From an uncultured delta proteobacterium (GTDB taxonomy: Bacteria > Myxococcota_A > Polyangia > Polyangiales > Houyiibacteriaceae), in NCBI GenBank assembly GCA_963699755.1, contig CAVOVB010000001.1, positions 832,001-896,000 of the forward strand: a stretch of DNA of 64,000 nt, written 5' to 3'. Under the pieces are notes generated by a model that saw only the letters and a list, made by a program, of their open reading frames with translations, ran no database searches and was not told the origin of the DNA. Position numbers and translations under genes: made by a program. This document shows, piece by piece, positions 41,673 to 51,028 of this stretch (its first letter is position 1; every line of letters begins with the position of its first letter).

Positions 41673-42938
41673 ATGAGCGAGCACAAAGAGAAGCTGGAGT
41701 TCGGCGGGGTGCCCGGAAACCTCGCGATGATCATAGGCCTCCCCATCTTCACGGCGTATCTATTCTTCGCTGTGCGTTTCAACGACGGCGCGGTGCTGCC
41801 GGGGCCCAACGCGGATTGGGAAGGTTTCAGGCAGGCAATGGTGCCGACTGGACGGGCCGCGCTCATCTATGGCGTTTGGCTTGCGCTTCAGGCTCTCCTC
41901 CAGCGGTACGCGCCTGGCCGCGAGGTGCTCGGCGCCGAGCTGCCCGACGGCAGCCGCCTTCCCTACCGAATGAACGGCCTGTTCTCGCTCTTCGTGACGT
42001 TCATTTTGGTAGCGATTGCGCACTGGTCTGGCGTGTTCTCGATTCGCGAGCTGTACGACCAGTTCGGTGCGCTGATCAGCGTGATGACGATCTTCGTCAT
42101 CTTCTTCAGCGCCTATCTCTACTGGTACGGCCAGCAGCACGGGCAGGCGCGTCATCTGAGCGGCACGTTCATTCATGATTTTTGGATGGGCACGGGGCAC
42201 AACCCGCGCGTTCCGCCAGGTCCCGAGGGACTCGACCTGAAGATCTTTTGTGAAGCGCGACCTGGGCTAATCCTCTGGGTGCTGATCAACACCTCATTCG
42301 CCTACGTGCAGTACGAACGATACGGCTTCGTCTCGACTTCGATGATCCTCGTTTGGCTCTTTCAGATGTTCTACATCATCGACTACTTCTGGAACGAGGA
42401 GGCCATCCTCACCACGATGGACATCAAGCACGAGAACTTCGGCTATATGCTGGCGTTCGGCGACTTGGTCTGGGTGCCGATGACCTACTCGCTCCAAGCG
42501 CACTACCTCATCGATCGCGTGCACTCACTGCCCTGGTGGGGCGCTCTGCTGATCGTCGCCGTCAACATGCTCGGCCTCTACATCTTCCGGGTGGTGAATC
42601 TGCAAAAGCACAAGTTCCGCAAAGACCCGGACAACGCACGGATTTGGGGCAAGAAGGTCGAGTACCTTCAAACCGAGCAGGGCGGGAAGCTCTTGCTGTC
42701 CGGGTTTTGGGGTTGGTCCCGTCACTTCAACTATGTCGGGGACATCCTGATGGCGGTTTCCTGGTCGCTCCCCTGCCTTTTCGGCTCGGCCCTGCCCTAC
42801 TTCTACCCGATTTACTTCGCGATTCTACTGATCCATCGCGAACGCCGAGACCACAAGTTCTGTTCGAAGAAGTACGGCGCGGACTGGAAACGATACTGCG
42901 ACCGAGTCCGTTGGCGGATCATCCCTGGCATTTACTGA
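41673..42938 (+). CDS. ERG4/ERG24-family sterol reductase (probably Delta14; LBR/TM7SF2-like)
   Basis: Multi-TM protein with GHNPR, DLKIFCEARPG, EEAILTTMDI, FGYMLAFGDLVWVP, QKHKFR, LLLSGFWGWSRHFNYVGD, RDHKFCSKKYG, RIIPGIY. Confidence 0.93.
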   Translation: MSEHKEKLEFGGVPGNLAMIIGLPIFTAYLFFAVRFNDGAVLPGPNADWEGFRQAMVPTGRAALIYGVWLALQALLQRYAPGREVLGAELPDGSRLPYRMNGLFSLFVTFILVAIAHWSGVFSIRELYDQFGALISVMTIFVIFFSAYLYWYGQQHGQARHLSGTFIHDFWMGTGHNPRVPPGPEGLDLKIFCEARPGLILWVLINTSFAYVQYERYGFVSTSMILVWLFQMFYIIDYFWNEEAILTTMDIKHENFGYMLAFGDLVWVPMTYSLQAHYLIDRVHSLPWWGALLIVAVNMLGLYIFRVVNLQKHKFRKDPDNARIWGKKVEYLQTEQGGKLLLSGFWGWSRHFNYVGDILMAVSWSLPCLFGSALPYFYPIYFAILLIHRERRDHKFCSKKYGADWKRYCDRVRWRIIPGIY

Positions 42939-42974
42939 CCTTTTCAAAAAGAGCAATGTCCGCTTTTGAGAAGG
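42939..42974 (+). terminator. AT-rich inverted repeat after the sterol reductase (terminator or operator for fdhD)
   Basis: CCTTTTCAAAAAG...CTTTTGAGAAGG, a stem of about 11 bp with one G:U pair. Confidence 0.4.
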
Positions 42975-43001
42975 GTTGTTGCGCAGTAGGATTGCTCGGT
43001 C

Positions 43002-43880
43002 ATGGACCGCATGCCGGTAACTTCTACTGAGGTCGAACGCGTCGAGCGCGAGCATAGGGAGCGAACCCGCGATCTGGTCGCTGTCGAGGAGCCGCTGCAG
43101 ATCATCGTCGAGCACGGGGCCTTGCACAGCCGAATCGAAACGCCTCTGGTGATGACCATGCGGACGCCAGGGCATGATGGGGACTTGGTGACCGGCTTTC
43201 TGTACGCGGAGGGAGTCATCGCGACGGCCGGGGACCTGATCAGCGTTCGGCACTGCGCCCGCTCCGACACGCCCGACAACGTCGTGCGCGCAATCTTGCA
43301 CGAGCATGCGGCGATTCCCTCTCGATTGCTGGAGCGAAACCTCACGATGACGAGCGCCTGTGGGGTCTGCGGCGAGCGCACCATCGAGTCGCTGTCGAAA
43401 GATGCCTGCGCCCAGATAGCCGTGGAGCCGAGCGCGTTTCGCGCGAACGCCGTTCGGCAAGCGCTTGCGTCTTTGGAAGAATCGCAAGCCTGGTTTCGGT
43501 ACACAGGCGGTACACATGGTGCGGCGCTGTTCGATGTGCGTGGCAAGCTTGTGCTGCACCGAGAGGACGTTGGGAGGCACAATGCGCTTGACAAGCTTGT
43601 CGGTGCCTGGCTCCGAGCTGCGACTCTCGAAGCGGCCGATGGCTTCGTGGTCGTGAGCAGCCGCGCCAGCTTCGAGCTGGTTCAGAAGACCGTCCGCGCT
43701 GGCTTCCCGATGCTGGTTGCGATTGGTGCAGCGTCGAGCTTGGCCGTGGGAACGGCGCGGCGCTTCGACCTCACCTTGGTTGGATTCGCACGCGAGAACC
43801 GCTTCAACGTCTACTCCAGGGGCGAACGAATTGCACGCGAGGAAAACGAGCCGGCGTTCCTTCAGGTAGAGGCGGGTTGA
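43002..43880 (+). CDS. fdhD: Formate dehydrogenase accessory sulfurtransferase
   Basis: AVEEPL, MRTPG, GFLYAEG, SACGVCG, TGGTHGA, EDVGRHNALDK, SSRASFELVQK. Confidence 0.96.
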   Translation: MDRMPVTSTEVERVEREHRERTRDLVAVEEPLQIIVEHGALHSRIETPLVMTMRTPGHDGDLVTGFLYAEGVIATAGDLISVRHCARSDTPDNVVRAILHEHAAIPSRLLERNLTMTSACGVCGERTIESLSKDACAQIAVEPSAFRANAVRQALASLEESQAWFRYTGGTHGAALFDVRGKLVLHREDVGRHNALDKLVGAWLRAATLEAADGFVVVSSRASFELVQKTVRAGFPMLVAIGAASSLAVGTARRFDLTLVGFARENRFNVYSRGERIAREENEPAFLQVEAG

Positions 43881-46180
43881 TGACGACTCACCGACCGAGC
43901 CGCGCAGAGCCACCGGAAACCGACGACGAGCTTCACATCAAGGCGCCTGAGACGAAAGCCGCGGGGCTCGCATCCGTGCGCTCGGCGTTCGCGCATATGC
44001 ATCGGCACGGCCGCTCGCTCCCCTCTGCGATTCGCATCCTCGGTCGAATGAACCAGATCGACGGCTTCGATTGCCCCGGATGCGCCTGGCCCGACCCGGA
44101 TGACCGCGCGGTCCTGACCGAGTTCTGCGAGAATGGCGCCAAAGCCGCAGCCTGGGAGAGCACCAGTCGGCGCCTCGACGGAGGGTTCTTTCAACAACAC
44201 AGCATCGACGACCTCGCGAGAAGGTCCGACTATTGGCTCGGCCTTCAAGGCAGGCTCACGCAGCCTCTCTTGCTCCGCCCGGGCTCTCGCTTTTACGAGC
44301 CGATCGGCTGGAGCGAAGCGTTCAAGCGCGTTGCCGATGCGCTCAAGACCCTCGACTCGCCCGACGAAGCGATCTTCTATACGTCCGGCCGCACCAGCAA
44401 TGAAGCCGCTTTTCTCTACCAGCTCTTCGTGCGGGCCTTCGGGACGAACAACCTGCCCGACTGCTCGAACATGTGCCATGAGTCGAGCGGTGTCGGTCTC
44501 GGCGACACCGTGGGGATCGGCAAGGGCTCGGTGACGCTAGACGACATCCACGACGCCGATACGATCGTCGTGATGGGTCAGAATCCCGGTACAAACCATC
44601 CGCGAATGCTGACGGCCCTGCAGAAGGCCAAGAAGAACGGTGCGCAGATCATCGCGATCAACCCTCTCCCCGAAGCTGGGCTAATCGGCTTCGTGAATCC
44701 AAAGAGCCCGATGCAGGTGCTCCGCGGAGGCACTGAAATCGCCGACCTCTTTCTTCAGGTGCAGATCAATGGCGACGTGGCGCTGCTCAAAGCGCTGATG
44801 TGCCGCTTGCTCGAGATCGAAGAGGAGCGGCCCGGCGAGGTGCTCGATGACGACTTCATCGGCCTCTACACAGAAGGTTTCGCGGAGCTGCGCGCTCATT
44901 TGCAGGCACAGGACGTCGACGCGCTGCTGAAGGCCGCTGGCATCAGCGGCCCGGAGCTCGAACGAGCTGTGGAGATCATCCTCAGGAGCCGGAAGACAAT
45001 CGTCTGCTGGGCGATGGGGCTCACGCAGCACCGAAACGGTGTCGGCAACGTGCGCGAGATCGTCAACTTCCTATTGATGCGCGGGAGCATCGGCATACCC
45101 GGAGCGGGGACCTGCCCGGTTCGCGGACACAGCAATGTCCAAGGCGACCGGACGATGGGGATTCACGACCGGCCGTCCAAGGTGCTGCTCGATCGAATCG
45201 AAGAGGTGTTTGGCTTCGAACCGCCCCGTGAGCCGGGCTTCAATACCGTCGAAGCGATTCACGCGATGCTCGACGGCCGCGCGAAGCTGTTCTTCGCGAT
45301 GGGGGGTAACTTCCTCCAGGCGACACCGGACACCGAACGCACGGCCAAGGCGCTCGAAAACTGCGAGATGATCGTCCACGTGAGCACCAAGCTCAACCGC
45401 GGCCATCTGGTTCGTGGCAACTGGTCGATCATCTTGCCTTGCCTTGCGCGCTCAGAGGTCGACCAGCAGGCCTACGGCCCGCAGTTTGTCACGGTCGAAA
45501 ACTCGATGGGCGTGGTTCATTCGTCACACGGGCACCTCAAGCCCGCCGATCCGGAGCTCTACAGCGAGCCATCGATCGTTGCCTGGCTGGCCGAACAGGT
45601 CCTCGGCCCCGAGCATCCGGTGAGCTGGTGCTGGCTGATCGAGAACTACGATCGCATTCGCGATTTGATCGCCAAGACAATCCCCGGATTTGAACAGTTC
45701 AACGCGCGCGTACGCGAGCCCGGCGGCTTTCATCTCTACAACAGCGCGCGGGAGCGAAAGTTCAGCACCGAAAGCGGCAAGGCGCGTTTCACCATCAATC
45801 CGGCCCCCGACCTCGCACTGCCCGACGGCTGCTACCGGATGATGACCGTGCGCACACATGACCAGTACAACACCACCGTGTACGGGAACGACGACCGCTA
45901 CCGAGGCGTCTGGGGCGGCCGCCGCGTCGTCTTCATGAACGAAGGCGACATGCGCGAGGCGGGCTTCGAGGCGGGCTCCAAGGTCGACATCACAAACGAT
46001 TTCGGAGGCGAACGGCGCCTCGCCCCGCGCTTCACCGTCGTCCCCTATCCGATTCCAAGCCGATGCATCGCCACCTATTTTCCAGAGGCCAACGTCCTAG
46101 TTCCTCTGAACAGATACGCCGAAGGCAGCTACACCCCTGCGTCGAAAGATGTGACCGTTCGCTTGGCGCCAAGCGCATGA
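43880..46180 (+). CDS. FdhF/YdeP-family molybdopterin oxidoreductase
   Basis: GFDCPGCAWPD, EFCENGAK, FYTSGRTSNE, NNLPDCSNMCHE, RGHSNVQGDRTMG, TVRTHDQYNTT; Cys at the active site, no Sec. Confidence 0.95.
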   Translation: MTTHRPSRAEPPETDDELHIKAPETKAAGLASVRSAFAHMHRHGRSLPSAIRILGRMNQIDGFDCPGCAWPDPDDRAVLTEFCENGAKAAAWESTSRRLDGGFFQQHSIDDLARRSDYWLGLQGRLTQPLLLRPGSRFYEPIGWSEAFKRVADALKTLDSPDEAIFYTSGRTSNEAAFLYQLFVRAFGTNNLPDCSNMCHESSGVGLGDTVGIGKGSVTLDDIHDADTIVVMGQNPGTNHPRMLTALQKAKKNGAQIIAINPLPEAGLIGFVNPKSPMQVLRGGTEIADLFLQVQINGDVALLKALMCRLLEIEEERPGEVLDDDFIGLYTEGFAELRAHLQAQDVDALLKAAGISGPELERAVEIILRSRKTIVCWAMGLTQHRNGVGNVREIVNFLLMRGSIGIPGAGTCPVRGHSNVQGDRTMGIHDRPSKVLLDRIEEVFGFEPPREPGFNTVEAIHAMLDGRAKLFFAMGGNFLQATPDTERTAKALENCEMIVHVSTKLNRGHLVRGNWSIILPCLARSEVDQQAYGPQFVTVENSMGVVHSSHGHLKPADPELYSEPSIVAWLAEQVLGPEHPVSWCWLIENYDRIRDLIAKTIPGFEQFNARVREPGGFHLYNSARERKFSTESGKARFTINPAPDLALPDGCYRMMTVRTHDQYNTTVYGNDDRYRGVWGGRRVVFMNEGDMREAGFEAGSKVDITNDFGGERRLAPRFTVVPYPIPSRCIATYFPEANVLVPLNRYAEGSYTPASKDVTVRLAPSA

Positions 46181-46186
46181 CGAACG

Positions 46187-47533
46187 CTAGAGGCGGCGGA
46201 GGATTTCGTCGGCCGCACGCTCGCCGGATTGAAGGGCACCTTCCATGTACCCAATCCACTCGGTCGCGGCCTCGGTGCCGGCCCAGTGGATCCGACCCTC
46301 GGGCTTGCGGAGATGCGCGAAAGACTTGGTGAGAACCCCGGGCGGCAAACCACCGACTGGGCACCCGCGCGACCACGGCTCAGCGCCCCAGTCGAGCTCG
46401 TGATAGTCCTGAAACGATTCGGCTTCGCTCCCGAAGTAGCGTTTGAGCGCATTGCCGACTCGGCGCTTTCGGTCGGAGAGCGGTTGCGCAGACCATTGGC
46501 GCGCTTGGCTCCCTACGACGAAGCCGATCAAGGCCGGCTGCCGGCCGTCGTGCGAACTGTTGTCGTAGACGACGCTAAGCGGCCCCTCCGAGCTCACGAC
46601 TTCACCCGAGAACCCTGCTTCGCGCCAGAACGCGCGCTCGTAAGTGACGAGCACCTTTACCGCAGCGCCCATCGCGAAGCGCTGCGTGAGCTGATCGCGC
46701 CCAACCGACACCGTGGGCTCGTATTCGATTCGCCCGGCCAGCGGTGGAGGAACGGCAACGACCACGAAGCGCGCTGCGACCGTCTGACCGTCGCAGATGG
46801 CATCGACGCCGTCTTGGCTCTGGACGAGCTTCCTCACAGGCGCCCCTAGAATCAGTGCGTCGCCGAGCTCCTCGGCGAGCGCGAGCGAGAGCGCCTGCGC
46901 CCCGCGGACAAAGCGATCCTGTTGCGCACCGCCGCGGGTCTCCGAATGGCTCAGCAAGCCGCCCCCGGCGTTGAGGTACATCAGAAAGTAGAGCGCCGAG
47001 AGCTCGCGCGCCTCCGCTCCGAAAATCGAACGGATCGCCGCATCCATCACGGCGATGATTTTCCTGGACTTCACGAACCGCGCTCGCCAGGTCTCGAGTG
47101 TCTCGCCATCGAGCTCATTGGCGCCTTCTGCGCTCATCGGTGCGGTCGCCGAGATGCGCTTCTGCACCCGGTTGAGGTAGCTGAGCGCTCCCTGCATCTG
47201 AATCAGGCTGGGCAGCGACATCGAGGCAATCGACCGCTTGTACGTCGACACCTTACCCTCGACCTCCAGAACCTTCTTGCCCTCGCTGTACGTCGGAAAT
47301 GTTTGAATGCCGAGCTCGTTTGCAAGCGCATGCACGCGGTCTTGCCCGGGCCCAATCCATTGACCGCCCAGATCGAATTGGCCTCGGCCGATCGCCTTCG
47401 TCCAAGTGCGCCCACCAACTCGATCACGCGCCTCGACGACGACGACAGTCTTCCCCTGCGCGCGAAGCTTGCGTGCCGCACAAAGCCCCGAAAGACCGGC
47501 CCCAACGACTACGACGTCCACCCGATCGCCCAT
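46187..47533 (-). CDS. Flavin-containing monoamine oxidase family protein
   Basis: VVGAGLSGL, EARDRVGGR, DLGGQWIG, HWAGTE, GYMEGALQSGERAA. Confidence 0.95.
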   Translation of the reverse strand: MGDRVDVVVVGAGLSGLCAARKLRAQGKTVVVVEARDRVGGRTWTKAIGRGQFDLGGQWIGPGQDRVHALANELGIQTFPTYSEGKKVLEVEGKVSTYKRSIASMSLPSLIQMQGALSYLNRVQKRISATAPMSAEGANELDGETLETWRARFVKSRKIIAVMDAAIRSIFGAEARELSALYFLMYLNAGGGLLSHSETRGGAQQDRFVRGAQALSLALAEELGDALILGAPVRKLVQSQDGVDAICDGQTVAARFVVVAVPPPLAGRIEYEPTVSVGRDQLTQRFAMGAAVKVLVTYERAFWREAGFSGEVVSSEGPLSVVYDNSSHDGRQPALIGFVVGSQARQWSAQPLSDRKRRVGNALKRYFGSEAESFQDYHELDWGAEPWSRGCPVGGLPPGVLTKSFAHLRKPEGRIHWAGTEAATEWIGYMEGALQSGERAADEILRRL

Positions 47534-47562
47534 CAAAGTCGTTATAGTACGCAGTGGGGGGG

Positions 47563-48231
47563 TTACTCAATTTTGGTGATTCTGGTTCGCGGCGAGACCC
47601 GGCGTCGAGGCTCACTTTTCCTCTCGAAGGACTGCTGGATGACGAAAAACTCGTCGGCATCGGGCAGTGTCATCAGGTGCGTGGGGCTCCGTGGACGCAG
47701 TTGCGGATGCTCTCGCGTATCGAGCTCGATGAGAAAGTCCGTCCCCGGGATCGCGAACCTCGAGAAATGAGCCACACCCAAGGAATTGGTCTGGGCCACG
47801 CCTTGTCCGTCGAGAAGAACCGGAAGGCCCGCCCCGTTTTTCGCCCGGACGATGAAGGCCCCCAATCGTTTCTGCGGCCGGCATCTGAGGGTGATCTCCA
47901 AGGCGCGCGAATCGAGCTCGCCCAGAGACTCGAAGCGCCGAAGCCTCAAGAGCTTCGCTGCTGACGGGGGTTCGTGTCCAACTGGGCAGTCGTGTTCAAT
48001 ACTCATTTGCTGACCAAGCTGCCCATGGACCTCGCTCTGCAACAGACCCGCGGAGTTGGTCTCGCCTACGAGCCTTCCGTCGACGGATATTCGAACCCCG
48101 CTCAGCCTATGGCCAGGGTCGGATTCGACGGAGAAGAGGAGGTCGATGGCTTGCGTGGAGGCCGCAGTCTTCTGGCATGAGGCCCAGACCGCGACGCCGA
48201 CGACGAGGATCGGGAGGCGCGTCAAGGACAT
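47563..48231 (-). CDS. Tad-locus accessory protein, probable beta-rich lipoprotein
   Basis: Signal peptide ending VWASC; two similar units (VDGRLVGETNSAG and LDGQGVAQTNSLG) resembling PEGA/Ig-like repeats; overlaps the upstream gene. Confidence 0.75.
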   Translation of the reverse strand: MSLTRLPILVVGVAVWASCQKTAASTQAIDLLFSVESDPGHRLSGVRISVDGRLVGETNSAGLLQSEVHGQLGQQMSIEHDCPVGHEPPSAAKLLRLRRFESLGELDSRALEITLRCRPQKRLGAFIVRAKNGAGLPVLLDGQGVAQTNSLGVAHFSRFAIPGTDFLIELDTREHPQLRPRSPTHLMTLPDADEFFVIQQSFERKSEPRRRVSPRTRITKIE

Positions 48232-48851
48232 CTGCTGCTCACGGGTGGATCGGCTCGGTCACAGCGGAGCTTGGCCCTGAGAACGGCGACGAAGTCTCGG
48301 AACGTTCGGTCCTCGGGGAAGAGCTCCGCAAGGGATTGGTACTGCCTCAGCGCGGCGGGAAAGTCGTTTGAGGCGATCAGGGCTGCGGCGTGGCGCTCAA
48401 GCTCGTCTCGCTGAGCGGCTGCGATTTCTCGAATCGCTGCTTCGCGCTGAATGTCAATTGGCCGGTTCATTTCTAGGGAATGCTCGGACGGACGCGACAG
48501 CGCGGATTCGCTCGCCGGCCGGGGGGCCCCGAGCTCGGTGAGAGTGACGCGCAGGGCCTCGGCGACCCGCGATTGCTGGCGAGCGACTGATCCGAGGCCA
48601 ACCAGGAGAGCAAAGGCCAAGCTGAATTCGATGACCTGGCGCGGGTGGCTCGAGAGCAGCGCGCTCGCGCCTCGCCAAGTCGGCCGTGCTGGGGGCTTGC
48701 GGCGTCCGTCTGGAATGCTTGCCGACCCCGCCGGAGTCGCATGACCAGGCCCCTCGAAAGCTGGCGGCACGCCTGCGAGGCGGGCCGGTTCGACGAGGGT
48801 GCGTTCTTCGTCCCCGTCCCAGATGGCCATCGTGGCAGGCTCCTCGTTCAT
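48222..48851 (-). CDS. Tad-locus accessory bitopic membrane protein
   Basis: Disordered N-terminus (DEERTLVEP), one TM (FSLAFALLVGLGSVA), TPR-like C-terminal helices; 4-nt overlap with the ATPase gene. Confidence 0.7.
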   Translation of the reverse strand: MNEEPATMAIWDGDEERTLVEPARLAGVPPAFEGPGHATPAGSASIPDGRRKPPARPTWRGASALLSSHPRQVIEFSLAFALLVGLGSVARQQSRVAEALRVTLTELGAPRPASESALSRPSEHSLEMNRPIDIQREAAIREIAAAQRDELERHAAALIASNDFPAALRQYQSLAELFPEDRTFRDFVAVLRAKLRCDRADPPVSSRCP

Positions 48852-49846
48852 TCGCCGCCTCCAAGGTCGGTGGGCCGTTCGAACAGATGCTCGATCCGAT
48901 AGCCCGCGTGACCGTCGTGCCCGAGTATCTGGGAAACGTAAGTCACCTGGCGGAACCCGTCAGAGCACCGGGACACCTGAACGATGAAGTCGACCGCCGA
49001 GGCAATTTGTGCGCGGAGCACGTTGAGCGGAACGTCGACATCGCTCATGAGGGCCATCGTTTCCAATCGGCTCAGCGTGTCGATGGGGAGCGTGGCGTGA
49101 ACCGTCGAGAGACATCCACGGTGACCAGAGGTCATGGCTTGGATGAGATCGAGGGCCTCACCGCCGCGGATTTCACCGATGACGATCCTGTCCGGTCGCA
49201 TTCGAAGCGTCGCCCGAAAGAGGTCTCGTATGCTGACCGAGCCACGGCCGCGAGCGTCGGCGGGCTGTGCCTCCAGCTGCACGACATGGGGGAGCTGAAC
49301 CTGAAGCTCTTGCGAGTCCTCGATGACCACCACGCGTTCGTCATCAGCCGCAAGCGATGCCAGCGCGTTCAGGAGAGACGTTTTCCCGGAACCGCTTCCG
49401 CCGGCAACGATCACGTTGTACTTTCGCCCGATGATCGATCGCAGCAGAGGCGCGGTGTCTCGAGACACGGCGCCTAGCTCGACGAGTCGTTCCAAAGTCA
49501 GCTGCTGCCGCCGAAAGCGCCGGATGCTCACGACCGGACCGGAAGGAGAAGCAGGTGGAATGATTGCTTCGACGCGAGAGCCATCTGGCAACCGGGCCTC
49601 CAGAATGGGCTGATGCGCGTTGAGCTCGCGGCCGACGAATTGCGAGAGGTTTCGAAGAGCGGACATCAGGTCGTGCTCTGATGCAAATCGGCTCCCAGTG
49701 AGATGGAGCCGACCTTCCGTCTCGACGTAGATTTCGCGGTGACCATTGATCATGATCTCGCTCACCGCGTCGCCTTCGAGGTAAGCAACGACCGGGGCGA
49801 ACAGAGACGCGACGGTCTGGTCGAAGACGTGACGCGGGATGCTCAT
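48848..49846 (-). CDS. CpaF/TadA-family secretion ATPase, second and shorter copy
   Basis: SEIMING, ARLPDGSRV, GGSGSGKT (Walker A), IEDSQEL (Asp box), RMRPDRIVIGE (Walker B), GHRGCLSTVH (His box). Confidence 0.93.
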   Translation of the reverse strand: MSIPRHVFDQTVASLFAPVVAYLEGDAVSEIMINGHREIYVETEGRLHLTGSRFASEHDLMSALRNLSQFVGRELNAHQPILEARLPDGSRVEAIIPPASPSGPVVSIRRFRRQQLTLERLVELGAVSRDTAPLLRSIIGRKYNVIVAGGSGSGKTSLLNALASLAADDERVVVIEDSQELQVQLPHVVQLEAQPADARGRGSVSIRDLFRATLRMRPDRIVIGEIRGGEALDLIQAMTSGHRGCLSTVHATLPIDTLSRLETMALMSDVDVPLNVLRAQIASAVDFIVQVSRCSDGFRQVTYVSQILGHDGHAGYRIEHLFERPTDLGGGE

Positions 49847-50538
49847 GGAGCCTCCCCAAGGCGTGCGCTCGGATCGCTCAGAAGCGGCTCGAATCGCGGA
49901 GCCTCCATGATTTCTGTAACCTCACCGAGAATCGACCTCGCTTCGGCGGCATGAGGGCCTTGCGGGGTCAATCTGAGATACTCCTCTAGGTGGGCCATCG
50001 ATCGCCCTCGGTCGGCTTCACCTTGTCGATAGAGCATGGCGAGCCGGTAGTGGGGCAAGGCCCTCTCAGGTTCCGCTGTCACGATCCGCTCGAGCTCCGA
50101 CTGCGCCCGAGCGAGGTTTCCTATCGCCTCGTAAATACTGGCAACGACGAGCCGCAACGACCACTGTGCAGGATGGTCGCGGAGGTATTCAGCTGAGTGG
50201 TTGAGCGCTGATTGGTAGCGGCTCGCTGCGACGCAGACACGGACCAACCAGTAAACCACAGCCGCCTCGTCGTGACCCCGTTGTCGCGCGGCGCTCAGGT
50301 ATTGCTCGGCGCGCAAGAGATCGCCGGAGCGCGCGTGAGCAACGCCCAAGAGGAAGAAATCTTCGGCGCTGATGCTGCTGAGCTCGGCTTGGAGCTCGGG
50401 TCCTCGATACAGGGTTCTATGATGACAGCCGCCAACGATCGTGAGGCACGGCAAGAGCAGAAAACCAAGTGCTCGGCTAGCGCGACGTGCTCGCTCGTGC
50501 CGCGGCCTTCCCGATGTTCTTCTCGAGCCATTCGACAT
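49843..50538 (-). CDS. TPR lipoprotein (TadD/pilotin-like)
   Basis: Hydrophobic stretch ending IVGGC, followed by TPR repeats (PHYRLAMLY, HLEEYLRLTPQG). Confidence 0.75.
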   Translation of the reverse strand: MSNGSRRTSGRPRHERARRASRALGFLLLPCLTIVGGCHHRTLYRGPELQAELSSISAEDFFLLGVAHARSGDLLRAEQYLSAARQRGHDEAAVVYWLVRVCVAASRYQSALNHSAEYLRDHPAQWSLRLVVASIYEAIGNLARAQSELERIVTAEPERALPHYRLAMLYRQGEADRGRSMAHLEEYLRLTPQGPHAAEARSILGEVTEIMEAPRFEPLLSDPSARLGEAP

Positions 50539-51028
50539 ACTCGTGCCTCCTCAGGTGCTCAGTCAAAAGAAGGAGTCGACGAATCTCGCTGAGCGCGTCG
50601 GACCATCGATCCTGTTCGAGCGCGTTGACCAAGTTCAATCGCGCTGCGGCATAGTCGGTGTCGACCCGAGCAGAGAGCTCTGAGCTCGAACGACGGACGC
50701 GTGCGGCATCCCGCTCGGCGCCGGCGAGTCGATAGCAGGCTTCCGCTTCCTGATAGCGCTGAACGGCACGAACGCCATCCCGGGGATTGTAGGCGTACCG
50801 GTCGGCTCGAAGAAGGGCGAGCTCCTCTGCACGGCGCCCATTTCGAAAGGCCTCGCCGCGAGGCGAACAGGTCGCGACGTCGACGAAAAGCGCGGGATAC
50901 GCACCGAGCGCAGGCCCGCGCACCCCCTCGGTTGCACCATCTCGGAGCCAGACAGCAAGCGCGACGAACAGGGAAGCCGCGAGTAACACCAATGGACCAT
51001 TGCGCCTGTTCTTCGAAGCCTCCGTCAT
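50477..51028 (-). CDS. Tad-locus accessory membrane-anchored helical protein
   Basis: ATG 51028 overlaps the tadC stop; N-terminal TM (LVLLAASLFVALAVW). Confidence 0.7.
   Translation of the reverse strand: MTEASKNRRNGPLVLLAASLFVALAVWLRDGATEGVRGPALGAYPALFVDVATCSPRGEAFRNGRRAEELALLRADRYAYNPRDGVRAVQRYQEAEACYRLAGAERDAARVRRSSSELSARVDTDYAAARLNLVNALEQDRWSDALSEIRRLLLLTEHLRRHEYVEWLEKNIGKAAARASTSR

Noticed and set aside
43880..46180. Possible selenocysteine formate dehydrogenase
   Set aside because: No in-frame TGA; the active site is Cys (NMCH) and the motifs are YdeP-type.
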